Assembly: GCA_963755915.1 (NCBI GenBank)
Contig: CAVWLP010000003.1
Location: 800,001-864,000, forward strand
From: an uncultured Phycisphaerales bacterium
GTDB lineage: Bacteria > Planctomycetota > Phycisphaerae > Tepidisphaerales > Tepidisphaeraceae
Length of the DNA stretch: 64,000 bases
Direction: 5' to 3'
A program made the translations under genes and the position numbers. A model generated the notes under the pieces. That model worked only from the letters and a program-made list of their open reading frames with translations. It was not told the DNA's origin and did no database searches. Shown piece by piece: positions 52,137-62,934 of the stretch (positions are counted from its first letter, which is position 1; every line of letters starts with the position of its first letter).

Positions 52137-52619
52137 ATGCAGTACCTCATCGAAGGTGCGGACAAATCGACCGGAGAGGATCGCTCGGTCATCGTAAGTG
52201 CCGACAATCCGAGGGATGCGCAAAAACAGGCGGAGGAAATGAATGTGCTGATTAGTAGTGTGGTCCCCCACGCCGCGGGCATTCCGAACGCCAAACCGGT
52301 TGATTATGCGTCTTCGCGGACGGTTGCACCGCATCCGACTTCAGCCCTGGCGAACGGGCCGCCGCGATACCTCGGGCTGCAAATTGCCTCTGTTGTGTTG
52401 GGAATCTCCTGCGTCATCTTTTACGGTTTGGCAGGATTATTCGCGATCATGGCCTTTGCCGCGGGGGCCGTGGCGACCCGTCCGCAGACGCCATTTGGAC
52501 CACCGTCTGCCTTTGTCTTTATAAGCAGTTTCACGACGGCCTTGGGGCTTTTCGCCGCTGGGGCGGTTCAACACGCATTGTCGGCGGCTTGCAGCGCGCT
52601 TTGCGACATTGCGCAATAG
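52137..52619 (+). CDS. Hypothetical membrane protein
   Basis: GGAG RBS; short soluble N-domain (YLIEGADKSTGEDR) and two TM segments. Confidence 0.7.
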   Translation: MQYLIEGADKSTGEDRSVIVSADNPRDAQKQAEEMNVLISSVVPHAAGIPNAKPVDYASSRTVAPHPTSALANGPPRYLGLQIASVVLGISCVIFYGLAGLFAIMAFAAGAVATRPQTPFGPPSAFVFISSFTTALGLFAAGAVQHALSAACSALCDIAQ

Positions 52620-52646
52620 CTTTGCCGGTTAGGCGCAAGGCAGGTG

Positions 52647-52670
52647 GAAGCGGCGAGACGCCGCTTCTAC
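52647..52670 (-). repeat. GTAG-type REP hairpin
   Basis: Minus strand reads GTAGAAGCGGCG-TCT-CGCCGCTTC. Confidence 0.7.
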
Positions 52671-52806
52671 TTGGAGAAGAAAGGGTGACAGGAATTATTT
52701 TGGAAAGGGATCCTGCCACTTTTCCGAGTGTCAACGAAAGCCGCTCCCGTCCCGGTTTCGGCTCCCTGTGTTAAACTATTGCAGTGGCGGTAAAGATCGG
52801 AAGGTC

Positions 52807-53097
52807 ATGGGAAAGAACATATTGAATTACGGTCGCGCCGAGCCGAAGCCTCGGTTGTCGGCAGTAATTGCGGGGTGGATTTCGTTGGCAATGGCTGCGT
52901 GCGTGCCGTTTATGGATTCATTAGTCGATACTAATTTCGGTCGGTATATAGAATTTGTCGGGTGCTGGTGGCCGATTGTGGCGTTTGCGTTGAGTCTGTA
53001 TGCAACGATAAGAACCGATGGACGGACGGTTCCGGGGTGGGGCGCCCTGGCGATATTAATCGCCTGCTTCATAAGAAACGCGCTTATGATGCCGTAG
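52807..53097 (+). CDS. Small 3-TM hypothetical protein
   Basis: Three hydrophobic segments; lower GC than the flanks. Confidence 0.55.
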   Translation: MGKNILNYGRAEPKPRLSAVIAGWISLAMAACVPFMDSLVDTNFGRYIEFVGCWWPIVAFALSLYATIRTDGRTVPGWGALAILIACFIRNALMMP

Positions 53098-53161
53098 GGG
53101 AGAAGCGGGAGAGTTATCGGTCCCGAATAAACTGCAAAACATTGGCCGCTCGGCAGAACGT

Positions 53162-53200
53162 CCCCCTCCCCTGCCCTCCGCCGGGGTCCCGGGGGCGGGG
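53162..53200 (+). repeat. C/G-rich REP-like hairpin
   Basis: CCCCTCCCCTGCCCTCCGCCGGGGTCCCGGGGGCGGGG, same family as 14318 and 54237. Confidence 0.6.
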
Positions 53201-53246
53201 AAAACTGGGCTGTCGATTGCAAAGCTATGGGTTGCGAGACAGGAAA

Positions 53247-53894
53247 CTACCCCCGCTTGCGCAGGAAGACGTGCATGGCGCGTTCGCCGGGGACGTGGTT
53301 TGTCGGCTCGTAGCCGAGGGCATTCAGGTCGAGGCCGGCAAAGAGATTTTCGCCGGAGCCGAGAAGGATGGGTCGGACGGCCAGGTGAATTTCGTCGATG
53401 AGACGGGCCTGCAGGAACTGGCGGATGGTGGCGACGCCGCCGCCGATGCGGATGTCGCGGCCATTGGCGGCGTCCTTGGCGCGCTGGAGGGCGGCGTGGA
53501 TGCCTTCGGCGACGAAATGAAATTCCGTGCCGCCCTTCATCGGCAGCGAGGGACGGCCATGATGCGTGAGAACGAAGACCGGCGTGTGATAAGGCGGCTC
53601 TTCGCCCCACCAGCCTTTCCAACTCTGGTCCGGCCATGGGCCGCGGATGGGGCCGAACATGTTGCGGCCTAAAATCCAGGCGCCGAGGTTCTGGAAGCCC
53701 TGCTCGGCGATTTTGTTGTCGGTTCCGGTTTCGCCGCCGGGCTGGCCGTGCATCGCTCGAAACGTTCGCGTGTGGAAAAACCAGTCCATCAGCTCGGGGC
53801 CTCTGACGCCCAGAGGGTTGCTCTGATCCTGGTTTGGGGCGGCGCTATAGCCGTCGATGGAAACCGCGAATGTTTGCACGCGAACTTTAGACAT
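53247..53894 (-). CDS. Dihydrofolate reductase / RibD C-terminal family protein
   Basis: VSIDGY, ILGRNMF, PVFVLTH, IGGG, PILLGSG. Confidence 0.9.
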   Translation of the reverse strand: MSKVRVQTFAVSIDGYSAAPNQDQSNPLGVRGPELMDWFFHTRTFRAMHGQPGGETGTDNKIAEQGFQNLGAWILGRNMFGPIRGPWPDQSWKGWWGEEPPYHTPVFVLTHHGRPSLPMKGGTEFHFVAEGIHAALQRAKDAANGRDIRIGGGVATIRQFLQARLIDEIHLAVRPILLGSGENLFAGLDLNALGYEPTNHVPGERAMHVFLRKRG

Positions 53895-53983
53895 AGGAGG
53901 CTTAGGATGGCTTACGGAAAGCCTTCGAGCAAGTTGATCCACCTCCGGGCGGGTTTTTTATGCGCCGAGGACAGGATGTCGCG

Positions 53984-54097
53984 ATGAATTCGCAGCCTGG
54001 CTTGTGGAGATTGGTTGTGCCGTTGCTCCCCTGGGCAGCGATTGTTTTGCTCATCGCGCTAATCATCTGGATTGTTCGACGATTTGTGGGGCACTAG
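53984..54097 (+). CDS. 37-aa single-pass membrane peptide, absent from the ORF track
   Basis: MNSQPGLWRLVVPLLPWAAIVLLIALIIWIVRRFVGH*; GAGGACAGG upstream. Confidence 0.5.
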   Translation: MNSQPGLWRLVVPLLPWAAIVLLIALIIWIVRRFVGH

Positions 54098-54151
54098 AAA
54101 CGTCAAATCGGGACATTGCCGTCAGCGTCGCAAAAAACGTGTCAAGAAAAG

Positions 54152-54278
54152 CGGGACAGCTCTGACTTTCCGTGGACGGCAATAATTCAGAGCTGTCCCG
54201 GTTTTTGTGTCTGTCCCGGTTTTTGTGTCCCGTCCGCCCCCCTCCCTAACCCTCCCCCGGAGTACCGGGGGCGGGGAA
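54152..54278. repeat. Intergenic repeat cluster: 14-bp inverted repeat, 18-bp tandem duplication, C/G-rich hairpin
   Basis: CGGGACAGCTCTGA / TCAGAGCTGTCCCG; CTGTCCCGGTTTTTGTGT x2 (54193-54228); hairpin at 54237-54278. Confidence 0.75.
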
Positions 54279-54380
54279 AAAAGGGCGCAGGGCCCCGCCG
54301 TAAGATCGGCGGGCACCCTGCTTTTTCCGGCACATCGCGGGGCATGGTAAAGTGCGTAACGCACTCCAATGGAAACACGC

Positions 54381-55761
54381 ATGGCATCGACTTCCCGGTT
54401 TGACTTGCGCTTGCCGCTGTGGTTCTGCGTTGTCGCAATCCTCGCAGGCAGCGGGTTTGTGTTTGTCAATCCGCCGTTCAAAACTCCCGATGAGTTGGCG
54501 CACTTCGCGCGGGCGTGGTGCGTTTCCCGGGGACAACTCGAAGCACAGTCGCGCGGGGGCACTCTTGGGGGCGATGTCCCTCGCGCATTAGGCCGGCTGG
54601 CGAGCGATTTTCACATGATCTCGTTCGATGGCGCGTCTGCGCATCGGCTCCTGGCCGCCCGCGCCATCCCGCTCGAGCCGCAAAAGACGGAGTTTCACGA
54701 CTTCGCCAACGTCGCGCCTTATCCTTTTTTTCCTTACGTTTCGCAGGCGCTGGGAATTGCCGTGGCGAGATCGTTTTCGGACTCGGTGCTGGTGGTCATG
54801 TACTGGGGGCGCGAATTCAATCTTCTCGCCTACGTTTTACTGGTGTATTTGGCTTTGAGACTTGTGGGCGATGCGCGGGCTCGCCTGGTTCTGGCTCTGA
54901 TCGCGCTGCTGCCGATGTCGCTTTATGAGGCCGCGTCCTTCTCGGCCGACGGATTTACCATCGCGGCCGCGATTCTGACGGCCGCGACCTTTTATCGGAT
55001 CACTTTCCGGCAGGGCGCTGCTACCAGATTCGACGAATGGCTGGTGATTGTGTGCAGCGGGGCGCTGTCGTTGTCGAAACTGGTTTATTGCCCGTTTGTT
55101 CTGCTGGCGATGATGATTCCCGCGGCCCGGTTCGGCGGCAGACGCCGTTATGCGCGGTTCTTCGCGGCAGCCCTGTGCGCAAACGCCGCGGCTCTGGGAA
55201 TTTGGATGTGGCAATTCCACGGCCTCCCGCGGATCAATCCGAATCCCGACATCAACGCGCATCTCCAGATGCAATTTATTCTGGAGCATCCAGCCCGTTG
55301 GATTCCCATACTCATTTCCAGCGCGCACCTTTCGGGCTACGGAATCTTTCAGGGCATTGTGGGCATCTTCGGCTGGTATGAATATCCGCTGCCGCTGCCA
55401 GTGATCGTCGTCAGCTATGTACTGTTGCTCGCGGCGATCGGAATCGAAATGCCAAGGCTGCGACGCGCCGTTGGCGTGTCAATGCTTGTTGTGGTTCTGG
55501 GCGTGCTGGCAATCGCGGCGGGCGACTATCTTGAGTGGACGGCTGTTGGAGAAGGCTCCATCTGGGGGCTGGAAGGACGGTATTTCATTCCGCTGCTGCC
55601 GCTGCTGATTTTCCTTTGCGCCGGCAAATCCGCCGAAACGCGGCCGGGCGATTTTTCTAGTTTCCGCGCTGATCGCGGCGTTCTCGGTGGTCTTTTTTGC
55701 ACAGACGATTTATCCCGGGTTTCCCGGCGGGCGATACAACTATCGTTTTTCGGGACGGTAG
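54381..55761 (+). CDS. DUF2142-family multi-TM protein (GT-C-like), copy 1 (frameshift ~55620)
   Basis: PPFKTPDELAHFARA, SFSAD, SKLVY, GIFGW, EGRYFIP. End set by comparison with the paralogue. Confidence 0.8.
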
Positions 55762-55901
55762 GCGGGCATTTGTGGATGCGGTGAGGCAAAATGAAGAGGA
55801 CGCGATCTGTTTTGGATTTCCCGTGGAATTGAATTGCGTACGACTTTAAACTCGCCCCAAGCAAATTTATTCGTACACCCTAACCTTAACGCGCAGCAAC
55901 A

Positions 55902-56270
55902 TCAGGAGCCCAGCGGCAGGCGGCGTACACGATGGCGCGCATCCTCGACGACGACAATTGCTCCGTCATTCAGCGCATCAATGGCATCCGTCAATACTGT
56001 TTCAAGTCGCGCGATGACAAACGGTGTGGTCGTATTGTTCAAACGAAAGAGAATCACGCTCACTTTGCTTTCTCCCGACAGGGCTACGATCTCGCCGAAA
56101 TCGAGGTCAAAAGTGAGAATGGTTCGATTTTCGGCGGCGGCCTTGACGAAAATTTTGCCGTTGGGAAGTCTCTGGAGACCTTCATCGCGTAAATGAAGGG
56201 CGTCATGGCCTCGGCTTCTGAGCCATGACACGACGCCGCCGGCGATGCCCATATCAGCAAGAAATTTCAT
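55902..56270 (-). CDS. DUF5615 PIN-like toxin (VapC45-like)
   Basis: MKFLADMGI, GHDALH, RTILTFDLDFG, RVRRLP. Confidence 0.85.
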   Translation of the reverse strand: MKFLADMGIAGGVVSWLRSRGHDALHLRDEGLQRLPNGKIFVKAAAENRTILTFDLDFGEIVALSGESKVSVILFRLNNTTTPFVIARLETVLTDAIDALNDGAIVVVEDARHRVRRLPLGS

Positions 56271-56273
56271 CGT

Positions 56274-56504
56274 TCAGGCTGAGCGCACTTCCTCGCTAGT
56301 CAGCCACGCGGCGTACTCCAGGGCCTGCTGAATATCCGGCAATTCGAGGTCCGGATAGTCCGCCAGGACCTGGGGGATCGTAGCCCCATGGGCGATCTGC
56401 TTGACGATCACCGAGACGGGGATTCGCATGCCGCGGATGCAAGCCCGGCCGCCAAGGATGGCCGGATCAAAAGTGATTCGATCGAACGTGCTGGCCGCTT
56501 CCAT
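56274..56504 (-). CDS. DUF433 antitoxin (VapB45-like)
   Basis: RITFDPAILGGRACIRGMRIPV, ADYPDL, ALEYAA. Confidence 0.9.
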   Translation of the reverse strand: MEAASTFDRITFDPAILGGRACIRGMRIPVSVIVKQIAHGATIPQVLADYPDLELPDIQQALEYAAWLTSEEVRSA

Positions 56505-56654
56505 GTTGGTTGATCATTGTACCTGTTGCCTGGGACCACAGTCCATCTGGTCACGATCACAATAGGTCCTAAGGAAGAGGGTTGGGTTGGGAAAACCGGC
56601 GCCATCCCGTTAAAGTAATATTTTCGTTGTGTTAAACACAAACCTTCTAGAGAA

Positions 56655-58594
56655 ATGTGCGATGCCAAAAAGCCGGCGGACAGAAGGACCTTTCTGAAAC
56701 CGGCCCATAAAAAACTTCGTTTCAGTTCCGCTCTGTGGCCGGGTCTCGGGCTGTGTCTGGTGCTGGTCCTCTACAAGGCGATGCTTCTGCGTGACATCGG
56801 CGGGGTGGGATTCGGGTTTTTACTCACCCATCCGGCTCAACTGCAAATTCCGACGTATCAGGACACCGCGTTTGCATTTGCCGTGACGGTGCTGGGCGCG
56901 CTGGCGGTGCTGGCGACAGCACATTGGCCGCGGGTTCAGCGCGGGGTGTGGATTTGCTTCGTGGCGTTTTGCGTGCTGTGCGTTTTTTTTTCGGTTTGCA
57001 GCTATCCGGTTTTTGAATATTTGCGCACGCCGCTGTCGATCAGCCTGATTCGCGCGGGCGGGGATTTGAGCGGAATCAGGACTTCCGTTTCGGGATACGT
57101 TTCGAATTGGGAAATCGCGATGCTCGTATTGGTGCCGGCGGTGTATCTCGTCGGCGTCATCCTGTTCAATCGTTATCTGCCGGTTCGCTCGCCGGTGGTT
57201 TTTTCGATCGTTTTGCTGGCGCTTGGCGGAGCGCTGACGGCGCAGTGGCTCCTGTCGGCGCGGCGAATAGCCAGCGACAAGTGGACGCTCAACGACAGCC
57301 AGACGATCGTGATGAATCCGCAGTGGATCATGCTGTCGTCGAGCTATGACGACGCGACCAACCGGCGATCGGTGAGCCTCTCCAGCGATTTTCCGCCCGA
57401 TTTCATGGGGGATTTCCGGCCGGGGCCGCACCAGGCGCATCATGCGTTTTCCGCGAAGCCGCGAAATGTGATCCTCATCGTGCTGGAATCGACCAGCACG
57501 CGATATCTGGGAATTTATGGAAGTCCCTATGACACGACGCCGGTGCTCGATTCGGAGCGCGGGCATTGCCTGGTCTTCGATAATTTCTACGCGCACGTGG
57601 GACAGACGGCGCTATCGCTGGTGGCGCTGACGACGTCGCGGTATCCGAACTTCCGGTACGCACACTCGCCGATGGCCGATCGCGCGGCGACGGACGACAA
57701 CGACATCGGCCGGATGCTGAAGGGCAACAGCTACCGGACCGGATTTTTCAGCTCCTCCAGCCTGGCATTTCAGTTGCAACGGCAGTTTCTGACGACGCAG
57801 GGGTTTGACCAGGTGGGAGACCCGGACAACTTCGGTGCGCCCAAGCTATTTTCATGGGGCGTGTCGGATTCTTGCATGATGGATCATCTGATTGACTGGA
57901 TTCGGCAGGAGCCGGGCAAACCATTTTACGCGGTGGCGTGGACGATTCAGACGCATGCCCCCTACGCGCTCACGCCGAACAAACCGGTGATTGATTTTCT
58001 GGATCCGCAGGGATCGCAGGAGCGGGCGTCGCTGAACCGGTATCTCAACGCCGAGCGCGAGGCGGACTTTCAGATCGGCCGGCTGTTTGCGGCGCTGCGC
58101 AAAGCGCATCTCGACCGCAGCACGGTGGTGATGATCACCGGCGATCATGGCGAAGCGTTCGGCGATCTGCACGACAGCCATTTCCACGGGCTGAATCTTT
58201 TCGAGGAGGACATCCATGTGCCGCTGATCATGTGGAGCCCGGCGTTGTTCAGCGGGGAATCGCACAGCAAGACGGTCGGGGGGCATATCGACATCGGGCC
58301 GACGGCTCTGGACCTGATGGGGCTGAATATTCCCGCGGCGGTGCAGGGGCGGAGTTTGTTTGATCCAACGCGCGAGCCGCGGGTTTATTTTTTCCAGAAC
58401 AAGTCGTACCTGCTGTTTGGGCTGAGGTCGGAGAATTGGAAATACATCTACAACAGCGTGACGGGGAAAGAGCAGATGTTTGATTTGGAGCACGACCCGC
58501 ACGAGCAGGCGAACGTGGCGGGGCAAAATCCGAATCTGCGCATGAGTTCCGGCAGAGGATCGCGGCGTGGGTGCAGACGCAGACGCGAAGGTGA
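56655..58594 (+). CDS. Membrane-anchored sulfatase-fold enzyme, LTA synthase-like (probable frameshift ~58540)
   Basis: About 5 N-terminal TM segments; NVILIVLES, AHVGQT, QTHAPY, TGDHGE, HVPL, FDLEHDPHE. Confidence 0.8.
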
Positions 58595-58671
58595 GCGGTT
58601 TGAGTTTTTGATTGGAGACGAGGGCGCACTTGCTTGCACGAATCGAGCCCATCGAAGTTAATGGGATTCGC

Positions 58672-60052
58672 ATGGCATCGACTCCCCGTTTTGACCGGCG
58701 ACTGCCAATGTGGTTCTGTATCGTCGCGACTTTCGCCGGCGGTGGGTTTGCGTTTGTGAATCCGCCCTTCAATACCCCCGATGAGTTGTCGCACTTCGCG
58801 CGGGCATGGTGCGTTTCTGTCGGTCAGCTCGGAGCTGAGCCGCGCGGGGCAAGTCTTGGCGGCGATATTCCTCGCTCGATCGTGCGGCTTGAGCGCGATT
58901 TTCGGATGATTTCCTTTGACGGCGCGTCGATTCGCCGTCTCGCGGCGGCGCACAATTCCGCTTGAGCCTCAGAAGACGGAGTTTCACGCCTTCGCCAATG
59001 TTGCGCCCTATCCTTTTTTTCCGTACGTTCCGCAGGCATTGGGAATCGGCCTGGCGAGGTTATTCTCTGACTCCGTGCTGGTCGTCATGTTCTGCGGGCG
59101 CGAATGCAATCTTCTCGCGTACGTTTTGATCGTGTGGGTGGCGCTGAAGGTTGTGGTCGAGGCGCGAGCGCGGCTGGTTTTGGCTCTGGTCGCGCTTTTG
59201 CCAATGTCGCTCTATGAGGCGGCCTCTTTGTCCGCCGACGGATTTACCATCGCGACTGCGATTCTCACCGCTGCCGCGTTTTACCGGATTACTTTCCGCC
59301 AAGGCGTTGGGTCCCGGCTGGAACAATGTCTGGTGATTTTTTCCAGTCTGCTCTTGTCGCTATCAAAGCTGGTGTATTGTCCGTTTGTTTTGCTGACATT
59401 GATGATTCCCCCCTCACGCTTCGGCACCGTCCGGCGTTATGCAGGCTTTTTCGCGGCCGCTCTCGGCGCAAACGGCGTGGCTCTGGTTCTTTGGATGTGG
59501 CAATTCCATGGCCTTCCGCGGATTAATTCCGATCCGGCCGTCAACGGGGGTTTGCAGATACGATTTATCCTCCAGCATCCAGGACATTTGGTTCCACTGC
59601 TCATTACTTCGGCGCATGCCTGGTGGTACGGAATCTTTCGAGGGATGGTGGGGATATTTGGGTGGAATGAATATCCGCTGCCGCTGGCGATTATCGTCGT
59701 CAGCTATTTATTGCTGCTGGCAGCCATCGGAATCGAACGACCCCGGTTGCGACGTGCGGTTGGTGTATCCCTGGCTGTGGCCGCCCTCGGTGTGCTGGCG
59801 ATCGGGGCGGGCGACTATATTGAATGGACTCCCGTTGGCGACAGCCGCATCTGGGGAATACAGGGAAGGTATTTCATTCCACTGCTGCCATTGCTTATTT
59901 TCCTTTGTGCGCCTGACAACCGGCCGAAACACGGCCGGGCCATTTTTCTCGTTTCTGCGCTGATCGCGACGTTCTCTGTGATCTTTCTGGCTCAAACGAT
60001 TTATCCCGGTTTTCCTGGCGGGCGGTATTATTATCGATATTCAGGACGGTAA
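58672..60052 (+). CDS. DUF2142-family multi-TM protein, copy 2 (frameshift ~58948)
   Basis: Colinear, highly similar paralogue of 54381-55761. Confidence 0.8.
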
Positions 60053-60057
60053 AACGT

Positions 60058-61116
60058 ATGGACCTGGGCGCAAGTGCATTTCGCCGAATCTTCGCAGTGA
60101 TGGCCGTCACGCTCGGCCTCGTTGTTGCCGCGCTTGCGCAGACGACGACGCGGCCGGCGCACATGCCGCTCACGACGCAGACGGCCGGGGATGTTTCGTT
60201 TGTCGTTCACGATCCTTCCACCATCATTCGCTGCAACAATCAATATTGGATTTATTACACCGCTGATGGCGTTGGGTTTGCGCATTCACCGGATTTGATT
60301 CACTGGGAGCGCGGGACGCCCGATGGGCTGTTTAAGACGCCGGCATGGGTGAAGACGACGGTGCCGAGGAATCGGTGGGGTAATTTCTGGGCGCCGGAGG
60401 TGGCGCGGGTGGGCGAGCGCTACCTGGTTTATTATTCGGTTTCGACATTCGCGAGCAATGTTTCGGCGATTGGGCTGCAGAGCAGTCCCACGCTCGACCC
60501 AAGCCAGGCGAATTACAAATGGACCGACCAGGGAATCGTGGTGCACTCGAAGCGCGGGGACAATTTCAACGCGATTGACCCGGCGGTTTGCTCCGACGCC
60601 GATGGAGGAATGTGGCTCAGCTTCGGGTCGTTCTGGAGCGGGATCAAGTTGGTGCAGCTCGACCCGGCCACGGGGCTGCGCATCTCGCCCGATTCGAAAA
60701 TCTATTCGCTGGCGTGGCATTCGACGATCGAGGCGTCGTACCTTTATCGCCATGGGGGATTTTATTATCTGTTCGTGAACTGGGGACTCTGCTGCAGGGG
60801 GATTTACAGCACGTACAACGTGCGCGTGGGGAGAAGCGAGAAGATCACTGGGCCGTATTTGGACAAGAGCGGAAAAGATATGCTGCACGATGCAGGGTCG
60901 CCGGTGCTTCAGAGTGAGGACAAATTCATCGGGCCGGGGCAGGTGGGGATTTTCACCACGGGGGGACGGGAGTGGATCAGCTTTCATTATGAGTCCGATC
61001 CGATGCGGCGGCCGACGCTGGCGATTCGGCCGCTGGATTGGGATGGGGAGGGTTGGCCGGTGGTGGGGCGGAAGCCGGAGATATCGCAGCTTGCGGCAAG
61101 CACGCGGCCGGGGTAA
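60058..61116 (+). CDS. Secreted GH43 arabinan endo-1,5-alpha-L-arabinosidase-like hydrolase
   Basis: VHDP, WAPEV, NAIDP, SFGSFWSGI, IEAS, WGLCCRG. Confidence 0.9.
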   Translation: MDLGASAFRRIFAVMAVTLGLVVAALAQTTTRPAHMPLTTQTAGDVSFVVHDPSTIIRCNNQYWIYYTADGVGFAHSPDLIHWERGTPDGLFKTPAWVKTTVPRNRWGNFWAPEVARVGERYLVYYSVSTFASNVSAIGLQSSPTLDPSQANYKWTDQGIVVHSKRGDNFNAIDPAVCSDADGGMWLSFGSFWSGIKLVQLDPATGLRISPDSKIYSLAWHSTIEASYLYRHGGFYYLFVNWGLCCRGIYSTYNVRVGRSEKITGPYLDKSGKDMLHDAGSPVLQSEDKFIGPGQVGIFTTGGREWISFHYESDPMRRPTLAIRPLDWDGEGWPVVGRKPEISQLAASTRPG

Positions 61117-61233
61117 CGGGGGCTCGTTTTAGCGGTGGAATAAGCCACCGCAAACAGGCCATACATTCACCGGCATTTTTCTTCCCGGCGTGCTTGACGA
61201 GCAGGAATCAAAGCGTTCTCTTTCCCGCTTGGC

Positions 61234-61563
61234 ATGCGTATTCCTGGGGACGCCATCATCGCGCCTGAGAAACTGACGCGCTATCTCCTGGCGCCGCGGT
61301 CGAAGAACGATAAGAGCCGGTATCTTGCCCGTGCGAGCTTCTCGCTCAAGAATCCAGAGGAACTTGAGGCGGCGATCCGTGGCCTTGCGGCATCAGTCGA
61401 TGCGGTCGAGGAGGATACCCATCGGTGGGGAACAGATTATACTGTAACGGGTAGTTTGCTCGGACCGGGCGGATCGGCGCTTGCGGTTAAGGTGGTCTGG
61501 ATTCGCCGGGTTGATGGGCAGTTCCACCTGGTAACGCTCACGCCGAGCAAGGAGAAGCGATGA
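61234..61563 (+). CDS. DUF6883-like protein
   Basis: IAPEKLTRYLL..NDKSRYL..WGTDY..VVWI..LVTLTP. Confidence 0.7.
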   Translation: MRIPGDAIIAPEKLTRYLLAPRSKNDKSRYLARASFSLKNPEELEAAIRGLAASVDAVEEDTHRWGTDYTVTGSLLGPGGSALAVKVVWIRRVDGQFHLVTLTPSKEKR

Positions 61564-61811
61564 CGAATATCGAGTTGTACAAAGAGATGGCGCTGAAGCG
61601 TGACATTCCGCAGCATCGACTGCGGGCGGGGGATGTGGGGACAGTGGTCGAGCTACTTCCGCACGCGTCTGGCGGTCCGCGGGGCGTGATGCTCGAGATT
61701 TTTAACGCGGTGGGTGAGAGCATCAATGTGGTCACGGTGCCGGAAACGGACGTCGAGCCGCTGCGAGCGGATGAGATTTTTCATGTCCGATCGCTTTCGA
61801 AAGCGGGTTGA
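61560..61811 (+). CDS. DUF4926-like protein
   Basis: ALKRDIPQHRLRAGDVGTVVE..LEIFNAVGES. ATGA overlap with the upstream gene. Confidence 0.8.
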   Translation: MTNIELYKEMALKRDIPQHRLRAGDVGTVVELLPHASGGPRGVMLEIFNAVGESINVVTVPETDVEPLRADEIFHVRSLSKAG

Positions 61812-61850
61812 ACCGCGACCAAAATCTCATTTTGGCGTATAACCTTCGGC

Positions 61851-62934
61851 ATGGAAGCGCGAAAGCGAATACTCACCGGCGACACGCCAACCGGGCGGCT
61901 GCATCTTGGCCATTACGTGGGAAGCATCGAAACCCGGCTGGCGCTGCAAAACGAATATGAGTGCTATTTCATCATCGCCAACAAGCATGCGTTCACCACG
62001 CGCGGATAAGCCGGAGGATATTCGGCAATCGGTGATCGATATCGCCACCGATTACCTGGCGGTGGGGATCGATCCGAACAAGAGCACGCTGTTTATTCAG
62101 AGCGAGATACCGGCGATTGATGAGCTGACATTTTTCTTTGCGATGCTGCTGCCGTTTAACCGGGTGATGCGGAACCCGACGCTGAAGGACGAGATTCGGG
62201 ACAAGGGGCTGGGGGATGAATATTCGTTCGGGTTTCCGCTGTATGCAGTGGGGCAGTGTGCGGACATTCTGGCGTTTCGGCCGGCGCTGGTGCCGGTGGG
62301 CGAAGACCAGCTTCCGCACCTGGAGCTTTCGCGCGAGGTGGCGCGGAGGTTTGACCAGATTTACTGCGGCGTGGACCCGCATACGGAAGACAAGGATTAT
62401 GTGGCCCGCGGGGGGATTTTTCCGATTATCGAGCCGAAGCTGGGGAGGGTTAAGCGGCTCGTCGGGACGGGCGGGCCGGGGCCGAGCGGAGAATTGCTGA
62501 AGATGAGCAAATCGCTGAACAATGCGATTTTTCTTTCGGATGATGCGGATACCGTGCAGAAAAAAGTGATGGGGATGTATACCGATCCGAAACGGATTCG
62601 GGCGACCGATCCGGGCACGGTGGAGAACAATCCGCTGTGGATTTTTCATGAGACGTTTAATCCGGATCAGGCGTGGATCGCCGAGCAGCAGGAGGCGTAT
62701 CGCGCGGGGAAGGTGGGGGATGTGGTGATCAAGCGCAAGCTGGTGGAGGTGCTGAATACGCTGATCGAGCCGATACGGACCCGGCGGAAGCAACATGAAT
62801 CGCGGCCGAGCGACGTGATGGACGCGCTGCGATTGGGCGTCCGGCGGGCAAATCAAGTGGCGGAAGAGACGCTGGCGCTGGCGAAGCGTGCGATGAAGCA
62901 GGATTACTTTTCGCGCTCGCTCAAGATTGATTGA
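61851..62934 (+). CDS. trpS: Tryptophanyl-tRNA synthetase (frameshift ~62000)
   Basis: [39 protein letters not shown]. Confidence 0.95.

Noticed and set aside
50086-62934. Calling ettA, trpS and other split genes pseudogenes or programmed frameshifts
   Set aside because: Breaks share a GC-run context, no slippery heptamers or nonsense decay were noticed, and housekeeping genes are hit. Sequencing error is more likely.
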